Below are positions 55,396 to 62,704 of a stretch of 62,704 nucleotides of DNA, one piece after another (position 1 is the first letter of the stretch; the number at the start of each line of letters is the position of its first letter). The DNA comes from Rhodoplanes serenus (GTDB taxonomy: Bacteria; Pseudomonadota; Alphaproteobacteria; Rhizobiales; Xanthobacteraceae): assembly GCA_945893085.1 (NCBI GenBank), contig CAMDEB010000001.1:1-62704 (forward strand), given 5' to 3'. The notes beneath the pieces are model-generated. The model had not been told where the DNA came from, did not search any database, and saw nothing but the letters and a program-made list of their open reading frames with translations. The position numbers were made by a program, and so were the translations under genes.

Positions 55396-56748
55396 ATGAG
55401 TTTTGATAACCCCATATTCCTGCTGGTGCTGCTCGCCAGCGCGGCGGCGGTGCGCTTGCCGTCGGGCCTGGCGGGCTGGTCGCTGCTTGCGATATGCGCG
55501 GTCTTCTATTTTTTTGCCGGCATATTCGATTTCTCGTTGTTCGTTGCAATCATCATCGTCAATTGGGTGGCGGCGACACTGGTGCGGCGTTCGCGCCTGA
55601 TTTTCTGGCTTGCCATCGCCGGAAATCTGGCGATTCTTGTTTTCTTCAAATATCGCGAAATGCTGTTGCCTGAGGCCGTGGCCGGCGATTTCCGCCGGAT
55701 CGCCATCCCCCTGGGTATTTCATTTTATCTGTTTCATATCCTCGCTTATCTCGCCGATTTGCGCATGGGCCGGACTCGGCTGGTTGGTTTGCACAAATTC
55801 TCACTGTTCGTCGGATTTTTCCCCCATCTCATTGCCGGACCGATCGTGCGGGCGAATCAATTGGTCCCGCAACTTGAGCGGCTTTGGCATGGCCAGCGTG
55901 TCCGCCGCCATCTTGTGTTTTTCGGACTCGCTCTATGTCTTCTGGGCCTGGTCAAGAAAATTGTATTTTCGAATTCACTTGCGCCGGTCGTCGACGATCT
56001 GTTCCACACCGTGCCGTCAGACATGTTGACCGCTTGGGCGGGCGCCTGGCTGTTCGGGTTCCAGATTTATTTTGATTTCTCGGGCTACACCGACATTGCC
56101 TTGGGATCGGCGATGCTGCTCGGGCTGCGCTTGCCGACGAACTTCCGCACGCCATATCTGGCGGCCGACCCCCGCGAGTTCTGGCAGCGCTGGCACATCA
56201 CTCTCTCATATTGGATTCGAGATTATCTCTACATTCCACTGGGTGGCAGGCGCGAGGGCGGTCCGGCGTGGCAGGCTACCGTTCTCATCGGCGTCATGGT
56301 GCTTGCCGGGCTTTGGCATGGCGCGAATTGGACGTTTGTCGCCTGGGGCGGGCTCTGGGGCGTCTACATCCTGATTTGGCGCCTGCTGGCGCCTTCAATA
56401 TCGTCGGTTCCAGTCGTCGCGAAGTGGGCGGTGCACATTCAAGTTGTCATGGTGCTATGGGTGTTTTTCCGGGCCCCCGACATCGGCTTCGCCCTGCGTT
56501 ACATTGGACAGATGTTTACGTTCGAGCTTCCGGTGGCGTCGCGCCAGGTTGTTGTTGCGGGGGTCGTTGGATGCGCAGGTCTCATGGGCTTGCATTGGCT
56601 CGAAAGCCTGACCCAGCAGGCTTCCGCGATCTTGCGGCTTCGGCGCATGGCTCATCCTGTCGTCATCGGAATTGTTGCCGGTCTTTGTCTCCTCCTCCTG
56701 CTGTTCCCGAACTATGACATCAACCCCTTCATCTACTTCCGTTTCTAG
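55396..56748 (+). CDS. MBOAT family O-acyltransferase 2 (AlgI/PatA-like)
   Basis: PLGISFY, FFPHLIAGPI, QIYFDFSGYTDIA, FWQRWHITLS, GLWHGANW, C-terminal FIYFRF. Confidence 0.95.
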   Translation: MSFDNPIFLLVLLASAAAVRLPSGLAGWSLLAICAVFYFFAGIFDFSLFVAIIIVNWVAATLVRRSRLIFWLAIAGNLAILVFFKYREMLLPEAVAGDFRRIAIPLGISFYLFHILAYLADLRMGRTRLVGLHKFSLFVGFFPHLIAGPIVRANQLVPQLERLWHGQRVRRHLVFFGLALCLLGLVKKIVFSNSLAPVVDDLFHTVPSDMLTAWAGAWLFGFQIYFDFSGYTDIALGSAMLLGLRLPTNFRTPYLAADPREFWQRWHITLSYWIRDYLYIPLGGRREGGPAWQATVLIGVMVLAGLWHGANWTFVAWGGLWGVYILIWRLLAPSISSVPVVAKWAVHIQVVMVLWVFFRAPDIGFALRYIGQMFTFELPVASRQVVVAGVVGCAGLMGLHWLESLTQQASAILRLRRMAHPVVIGIVAGLCLLLLLFPNYDINPFIYFRF

Positions 56749-57958
56749 ATTGCTGCGCTGGAGCGCGGGCCTTCTGGCTGGGCTTGTCCTCGCGGCAATG
56801 ATCTTCGAAGTTGCGCTGCGCGCCATGGAGGCGTCGCCGTGGTGGCGCGTGCTACCGGCGGTGCACGCGCAATTCGACGGTCCGGATCCGGAGCTCGGCT
56901 ATGCTCATCGCCGCAATGTCAGCGGCTTATGGATCCGGGAGAATCGCGCCTTCGTTAGCATGAATGCGCAGGGCCTCCGCGATCGTTCGCGAAGCCAGCT
57001 CCCGGCCCCCGGCGTATTGCGCATTGCCGTAGCTGGCGATTCCATCACGGAAGCCATGCAGGTCGATGAGCCCGATCTGTTTACGTTGCGCGCAGAGCGG
57101 AAACTGGCCGATCGCGGCGAGCGCGTGGAGGTGCTGAATTTTGGATCGAGCGGGGCGTTGCCGTTGCAACAACTGTTGTTCCTGGCCGACCGTGGCCTGC
57201 CGATGGGCATTGACGCGGCGGTGTTCATGTTTGCGGCGAGCGATTTTCTCAACTCTCTCATGCGCAACGACAGGTTTTTGCCTGCCTACGTGGACGACTC
57301 CTCGGGCAACCTTGTGATTGGCCGTAGCTATCGAAGCCGTTCCAGCCATCGTCTGGCCGACAGGTGGGCCGGGCGCGCCTTTTTCTGGGTTGTCGACCAC
57401 TCACGGGTCGCAAACGCGCTCTATATCAGGGCTAAGACGGGTTTTTTGTCGGGCGAATCAATCAAGGCGGCGCGGCCGAGCGGCAACGAATCGTGCAAGG
57501 AATTGCGTGAAAGCGCGCTCGAACAGCAGCGGTTGTGGATCGAGGGCGAGCCGCAATGGGCGGCGCGGCGAGTTGATCGCTTCCTCGCCGATGTGTCGGT
57601 TCTGCTGAAGGGAAAACCGGCTATTTTCATGTTATGGGGTTTTGGCCTGCCGGAACGAGCCTGCACCGAAGCGACGGAGTTGCGCACCCGCGTGGTGGCG
57701 CAAGCGCGAAAAAAAATCGAGGCCGCAGGAATTTCTTTTGTCGATGTCGATATGGCCACCCTTGGCAAGATGGGCGACGAGAGTGGTTTTCAGAAGCTCG
57801 GCGGGTTCGGCGCGAGGCTCGGCTATGGGCACCTCAATCCCTGGGGGCACGAGATCTATGCCCAGGTGCTGACCGATGCGATCACCTCGCGGTTTTCCAA
57901 TTTGCTCCAGCGTGGCAAGTCGGCCTGCTCCGCTCCAAATTGCTCAGGCCAGAATTAG
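56714..57958 (+). CDS. Membrane-anchored SGNH/GDSL-family protein, MBOAT partner
   Basis: N-terminal TM, NAQGLRD, AGDSITEA, VLNFG, GHLNPWGH. Start uncertain. Confidence 0.8.
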   Translation: MTSTPSSTSVSRLLRWSAGLLAGLVLAAMIFEVALRAMEASPWWRVLPAVHAQFDGPDPELGYAHRRNVSGLWIRENRAFVSMNAQGLRDRSRSQLPAPGVLRIAVAGDSITEAMQVDEPDLFTLRAERKLADRGERVEVLNFGSSGALPLQQLLFLADRGLPMGIDAAVFMFAASDFLNSLMRNDRFLPAYVDDSSGNLVIGRSYRSRSSHRLADRWAGRAFFWVVDHSRVANALYIRAKTGFLSGESIKAARPSGNESCKELRESALEQQRLWIEGEPQWAARRVDRFLADVSVLLKGKPAIFMLWGFGLPERACTEATELRTRVVAQARKKIEAAGISFVDVDMATLGKMGDESGFQKLGGFGARLGYGHLNPWGHEIYAQVLTDAITSRFSNLLQRGKSACSAPNCSGQN

Positions 57959-58024
57959 TAATGCGCGCTGATCTGGTTTCTGAAGCTGCGGATCCTGAAT
58001 CGAACGCAACAACGAGGTCATGAC

Positions 58025-59986
58025 TTGTGCGGCATAGCAGGCCTGTGGCGCTTTAGCGGGGCTCCCGACGATCGGCTGTTGGCCGACGCGCGTGCCATGA
58101 CCTCGGCCATCGCCTATCGCGGTCCGGACGGCCATGGTCACTGGGTCGATGGCGATGCTGGCGTCGCGTTGGGCCATCGGCGCCTGGCGATCATCGATCT
58201 TTCGGCGACCGGTCATCAACCGATGGCGAGCGCCGACGGGCGCATCATTGTGACCTACAACGGCGAGCTCTATAATACGGCCGAAATCGCTGCCGAATTG
58301 GCGATGCCGTTTCGAGGCACGTCCGACACCGAGGTTCTTGCCGAGGCCATCGCACGCTACGGCATCAATGGTGCGCTGCGGCGGACGAATGGACTGTTTG
58401 CGTTCGCAGCGTTCGACCGCAAGACGCGAACCTTGCACCTGGCGCGCGACCGGCTCGGCATCAAGCCGCTTTATTGGACGCGGCAAAATGGCGTATTTGC
58501 CTTTGCCTCCGAGCTCAAGGCCCTCACTGCGCTCGATGGCCTCGCGTTCACGCTGGACCCGGCCGCGGTCGGTCTGTATTTGCGGCATGCCTGCGTCCCG
58601 GCGCCAAGCTCCATTTATCGGGATGTGGCCAAGCTGTTGCCCGGCCAGCGCCTCGAAGTCACGACCGGCCGTATTGACGCGCACACTTTCTGGGATCCAG
58701 CGGCCATTGCGATGGCGGGGCAGGCCAATCCCGATCGCCGCCCGGATGATGAGGTTGAGGAAGAGCTTTCTGCATTGCTTGCAGATAGCGTCAAGCGGCA
58801 GATGGTGTCCGATGTGCCGCTCGGCGCTTTTCTGTCGGGCGGCATCGACTCTTCGATGGTCGTGGCACTGATGCGCGCGGCCACCAATGCTCCGGTCAAG
58901 ACCTTCACCATTGGTTTCAGGGAAAAAGCATTCAATGAAGCCGAACAGGCTCGCGCCGTGGCGCGTCATCTCGGCACCGAACACACCGAGCTGTTGTTGT
59001 CGGCGGACGATGCACTCGCGATCGTGCCGCAATTGCCCACGATGTATGACGAGCCGTTCGCGGATTCATCGCAACTTCCCACCTTCCTGGTGTCCAGGCT
59101 GGCACGTCAGCATGTGACCGTGGCGCTGTCGGGCGACGGCGGGGACGAGGCGTTCGGCGGCTATGTGCGCTATCAGGGAGTGGAGAGGCTGTGGAACGTC
59201 ATTCGGCATGTGCCGCACGCCGGTCGCAGGCTTAGTGCGCAGGCAATCGGCCTGCTTTCGCCGGGTGCATGGGATGCCCTCGCGCCGATCGTGCCGCGGC
59301 GGTGGCGCCCGACCCATTTCGGCGACAAGGTGCTCAAAGGAGCGGGCCTGCTGGCGGCGGAGGGGCCGCTCGATATGTACCAGCGGCTCATTTCGCAATG
59401 GCCCGACCCGGGCAAGGTTCTCCAGAACGCAGCGGAAGGGGTCGGGTGGGTGGAGCGTCTCGCCAGCAAGACCGCAGGCCTCGATCCGACCGCTCGCATG
59501 CGTCTCATCGACATGATGAGCTATCTCCCTGACGATGTGCTGACCAAGGTGGACCGCGCCTCCATGGCGGTGAACCTGGAGGTGCGTGTGCCACTGCTCG
59601 ATCATCGGGTCGTCGAATTCGCGTGGCGGCTGACCACCGACCGCCTCATCGCCAACGGCGAAGGCAAGCGGCCATTGCGCGGCGTGCTGTCCCGCTACCT
59701 GCCGAAAGCATTGATCGATCGGCCAAAGATGGGATTCGGCGTGCCCATCGGCGAGTGGCTGCGGGGGCCGCTGCGCGCATGGGCCGAGGAACTGCTGTCG
59801 CCTCAGGCGTTGTCCGCGGATGGACTGCTCCATCCTGAACTCGTCCGAGCCCGCTGGGCCGAGCACATCGCTGGCCAACGCAATTGGCAGCATGCCTTGT
59901 GGACCGTGCTGCAGTTTCAGGCCTGGCGGCAAGCCAGTCGGGAGCAGCCGTTTCGGCAGCCGGCGGCCGCGGTGCAGGCTATTTGA
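58025..59986 (+). CDS. asnB: Asparagine synthase (glutamine-hydrolysing)-like amidotransferase
   Basis: (M)CGIAG Ntn start with TTG codon, [49 protein letters not shown]. Probably a glycan amidotransferase. Confidence 0.95.
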   Translation: MCGIAGLWRFSGAPDDRLLADARAMTSAIAYRGPDGHGHWVDGDAGVALGHRRLAIIDLSATGHQPMASADGRIIVTYNGELYNTAEIAAELAMPFRGTSDTEVLAEAIARYGINGALRRTNGLFAFAAFDRKTRTLHLARDRLGIKPLYWTRQNGVFAFASELKALTALDGLAFTLDPAAVGLYLRHACVPAPSSIYRDVAKLLPGQRLEVTTGRIDAHTFWDPAAIAMAGQANPDRRPDDEVEEELSALLADSVKRQMVSDVPLGAFLSGGIDSSMVVALMRAATNAPVKTFTIGFREKAFNEAEQARAVARHLGTEHTELLLSADDALAIVPQLPTMYDEPFADSSQLPTFLVSRLARQHVTVALSGDGGDEAFGGYVRYQGVERLWNVIRHVPHAGRRLSAQAIGLLSPGAWDALAPIVPRRWRPTHFGDKVLKGAGLLAAEGPLDMYQRLISQWPDPGKVLQNAAEGVGWVERLASKTAGLDPTARMRLIDMMSYLPDDVLTKVDRASMAVNLEVRVPLLDHRVVEFAWRLTTDRLIANGEGKRPLRGVLSRYLPKALIDRPKMGFGVPIGEWLRGPLRAWAEELLSPQALSADGLLHPELVRARWAEHIAGQRNWQHALWTVLQFQAWRQASREQPFRQPAAAVQAI

Positions 59987-61268
59987 CGAGACCGTCACCG
60001 CGCATCGGCCACAGCGAGCGCAACGCGGTGAGGGCCATGATTGCCGTCATGGCGATGAACAGGACCCAGTCGCTCACCTGATTGATATGGAATGTCTTCT
60101 CGGGGTGGAACTTCAGCCACATCGAGATGATGCAGGATGCGATCAGCGCCTGGGCCAACCTCCTGGAGACTCTGTCGGCCGCGATCCAGTTGAAGAATTG
60201 CGGCAGGCACAGCAAAAAGAAGATCAAGCGGTAGGTGTAGTTCGTCCCGAGCAGCAGGAAGCTGCCGCAATAGATGCCGGCGCCGAAAAGAAACGCCGTT
60301 CCATCCCGCCCGCGGTCCAGCACACAGGTTTCCGAGCGTCGGCTCCAGGCCACAGCAGCAATCGCCGCAGCCAGCAACAGCGCGAGAACGACCGCCGCAT
60401 GTGGAAGCCATGACTTGGTGAGCCCGGCAACATTGAGCCCCAGACGCGGCGCATACAGAATCTCGAACCGGTCGAAAATGATCGTGTAGCCGTAAGAAAT
60501 GTAAGGCGACACCGGAGAAATTCTCCGGATATGGGGCAGCACATCGACAAGGCTGTAAAGGTAGAGGGCGGTGAAGGCGATCAAGGAGATGGTGACGACA
60601 ATCGCTGTGCGGTTGAAGCGAACGATCAGGGATGTGCAGAACAAGGCGAAAAACTTGAGCGCAATGGCCAGGCTCAGCAGCAGGGCGGCCGCGATCGCAA
60701 CAGCCTTGCGGCGCTCGGAATAGATCAGCGCCGCGGCGCAAACCAGACTCCACTCGACAATGTCGATGTTGCCTCGCTCGAATGCGAGGATCGTCGAGGG
60801 CGACAACACCATGGGTAACGCGACGATCCCCATGGCGATCGAACGGCCGCTCAAGAGAATCGTCACGAGAACGATAGCCGGCAGTTCGATCGCAATAGCC
60901 AGCCACGCCGTTTCGGCCGCGGTCATTCCGAGCCGGCCAAGCAAGAGCCACATCGGCGGATAGTTGTAGCTGCCCGTCCGGTAGCCGCAGTCGGCGTAAG
61001 GGTAGGTTTCGCCATCGGCGGCGCATTGGGCGGCGGTGCTGGTGATGGCGTGGAGATCGTAGAATGGCGGCAGCGCAACGCCCGGGAAACCGATCGTTCT
61101 CCAGGTATGCGACCAGTCGAGTCCAAACACGAAAGCCGCCGTCAGCAGGACCAGGGTGACCAATCCGATAGCCGCGCCTACAATGGTCCCGGAATAGGGC
61201 CTTGCGAGAATAGCGCGCGCCTGCGATCCAATTCTGCCAAGGTGACGTCCCGCAAAGTTCATCATCAT
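59979..61268 (-). CDS. Integral membrane protein, GT87/DUF2029-like GT-C
   Basis: PPFYDL, YNYPP, ERGNID, LKFF, NYTYRL. Many TM segments. Confidence 0.7.
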   Translation of the reverse strand: MMMNFAGRHLGRIGSQARAILARPYSGTIVGAAIGLVTLVLLTAAFVFGLDWSHTWRTIGFPGVALPPFYDLHAITSTAAQCAADGETYPYADCGYRTGSYNYPPMWLLLGRLGMTAAETAWLAIAIELPAIVLVTILLSGRSIAMGIVALPMVLSPSTILAFERGNIDIVEWSLVCAAALIYSERRKAVAIAAALLLSLAIALKFFALFCTSLIVRFNRTAIVVTISLIAFTALYLYSLVDVLPHIRRISPVSPYISYGYTIIFDRFEILYAPRLGLNVAGLTKSWLPHAAVVLALLLAAAIAAVAWSRRSETCVLDRGRDGTAFLFGAGIYCGSFLLLGTNYTYRLIFFLLCLPQFFNWIAADRVSRRLAQALIASCIISMWLKFHPEKTFHINQVSDWVLFIAMTAIMALTALRSLWPMRGDGLVK

Positions 61269-61301
61269 CAGTATGAATTCGTTGCTTGGAAATGAGCGGA
61301 C

Positions 61302-62105
61302 ATGCTTGACCAGACCGACCCCCCATCTTCAGGTGCCGAGGGCAGCGCACACCGCAGTGACGTCGAGGTGGAAATCACGCTTCTCGTGCCGGTCTATAAT
61401 GAGGAGAAAAATATTATACCTCTGGTGCAGGAAATAAAAAAGGAGATCGGCCTGCCGCACCAGATCGTTATCATCTACGACCGGGACGACGATACGACCT
61501 TGAATCACCGCGAAGCCCTGCTAGCGATCGATCCCGCAATTGCCTTCGTTCGAAACACCAGCGGCGGCGTTATCAACGCATTCCGGACCGGATTCGACGT
61601 GGCCAAGACCCGCTATATCGTGCCGATCATGGCTGATCTCTCAGATACGCCTGCCACCATACTCGAAATGCATCGCAAAATGCGGGAGGGCTACGACCTG
61701 GTCGTCGGATCGCGCTATTGCGAGGGCGGCCGGAAGGTTGGCGGGCCCTATATCAAGTATCTCCTGTCGATCACCGCCAACCGCACGCTGCACCGCCTGA
61801 CGGGGATACCGACCCACGACATGACCAATGCCTTCATCATGTATCGCAAGGAAGTGCTGGATAACATCCATATCCGGAGCAGCGGCGGCTTCGAAGTCAC
61901 CATGGAATTGATCGCCAAGGCCTACATCCTCGGCTACAAAATCACCGAGGTGCCCACGGTCAATCGCGACCGGGCCGCAGGCAAGTCGAGCTTTCAGCTG
62001 TTCAAATGGATTCGGAATTATCTCTACTGGTATTTTTATATCCTGATTTATTCGGTCGTAAGCCGGATCAACGCCCACTACGTGCGCGACACCCGGAAAA
62101 CCTGA
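61302..62105 (+). CDS. GT2 polyprenol-phosphate glycosyltransferase (DPM1/GtrB-like)
   Basis: VPVYNEEKNI, MADLSD, GYDLVVGSRY, DMTNAF, EVP..NRDR..GKSSF. Confidence 0.88.
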   Translation: MLDQTDPPSSGAEGSAHRSDVEVEITLLVPVYNEEKNIIPLVQEIKKEIGLPHQIVIIYDRDDDTTLNHREALLAIDPAIAFVRNTSGGVINAFRTGFDVAKTRYIVPIMADLSDTPATILEMHRKMREGYDLVVGSRYCEGGRKVGGPYIKYLLSITANRTLHRLTGIPTHDMTNAFIMYRKEVLDNIHIRSSGGFEVTMELIAKAYILGYKITEVPTVNRDRAAGKSSFQLFKWIRNYLYWYFYILIYSVVSRINAHYVRDTRKT

Positions 62106-62145
62106 TGCCGCTTGCGAGCACAGCGGTTTCAGGCGCAGAGTTGTC

Positions 62146-62704
62146 ATGAAGGACGTGGCCGAATGCCCGGTTTGCGGACATCATGACTTCATCGAATTGT
62201 TTTCGAGCAATTATTCGGGAACGGTCAAGCAGGCCGCTGCGTATTTCCTGACCGATCGGGAAAAGGCGGTCCATGGCAGGATCGTGCGCTGCGGGCGGTG
62301 CAGCTTTGTGCTGACATCGCCGCAATACGAGCCCGCGCAATACGATCAACTCTATCGCGAGGTGGCCAAGGTGGAACGCCCGAGCGGCCGGACGCTGGCC
62401 GTGTCGGCGCGATACCGGGGGCTGGCCAAGCGCGTCCGCTCGTATGTGGGCGGCGGCCGCTTTCTCGATTTCGGCTGCGGTGACGGGCACTTTCTCGATC
62501 ACATGCCGGCATTTCAGGGGGTCGGTTTCGAGGTGCGCCCAGGCGCGGTTGCCGGCACCAACGCCACGGACGGCCGCATTATCGTCGGAGAGCTAGAACC
62601 TGCGGTCTCGGCGGGCCTCCTTCAGCCCGCCTCGTTCGACTTCATTACGACCTGGGATGTGCTCGAGCATCTGCCGATGCTGTCGCGCGACGTCGGCCTG
62701 CTTC
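62146..62704 (+). CDS. Class I SAM-dependent methyltransferase with N-terminal Zn-binding motif, 3' end runs off the window
   Basis: Not in the ORF track. My translation: MKDVAECPVCG...VRCGRC...FLDFGCGDG...FDFITTWDVLEHLP. Open to the window end. Confidence 0.88.
   Translation, partial: MKDVAECPVCGHHDFIELFSSNYSGTVKQAAAYFLTDREKAVHGRIVRCGRCSFVLTSPQYEPAQYDQLYREVAKVERPSGRTLAVSARYRGLAKRVRSYVGGGRFLDFGCGDGHFLDHMPAFQGVGFEVRPGAVAGTNATDGRIIVGELEPAVSAGLLQPASFDFITTWDVLEHLPMLSRDVGLL

Noticed and set aside
1-62704. CRISPR arrays, IS elements, integrases, tRNA/rRNA genes, long tandem repeats
   Set aside because: None seen. Intergenic gaps are short and no ORF shows transposase or recombinase motifs.

Overview
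High-GC, probably alphaproteobacterial (Hyphomicrobiales-like; inferred from gene style only) window filled almost entirely by one very large surface-glycan biosynthesis and modification locus. The left arm carries a B12-binding radical SAM gene (runs off the window, absent from the ORF track), cysD/cysNC for PAPS supply, a frameshifted PhyH-type dioxygenase, a decayed O-antigen-ligase-like fragment, a GT4 and a small HAD phosphatase. A MarR-type EPS regulator, a NusG/RfaH paralog and an MBOAT/SGNH pair follow. From 11729 to 53860 there is a ~42 kb co-directional gene run centred on nonulosonic acid (NulO) synthesis: pseB, pseC, pseG, three NeuB-family synthases, one NeuA and three SpsF-type cytidylyltransferases. 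It also holds many tailoring enzymes: short-form LeuA plus ATP-grasp ligase, a GNAT-aminotransferase III fusion, a CMP-Neu5Ac-hydroxylase-like MBL protein, a second PhyH dioxygenase, three Gfo/Idh/MocA oxidoreductases, two PIG-L deacetylases, FemAB-like and GNAT acyltransferases, two sulfotransferases, two FkbM methyltransferases, several GTs and an ABC flippase. The right end has GT-C enzymes, a second MBOAT/SGNH pair, asnB, a polyprenol-phosphate GT2 and a partial methyltransferase. A shared palindrome (GTTCA-N5-TGAAC) overlaps the predicted promoters of both the regulator and the pse operon. No rRNA, tRNA, CRISPR array or IS element was seen. All calls come from motifs read by eye; no searches were run.
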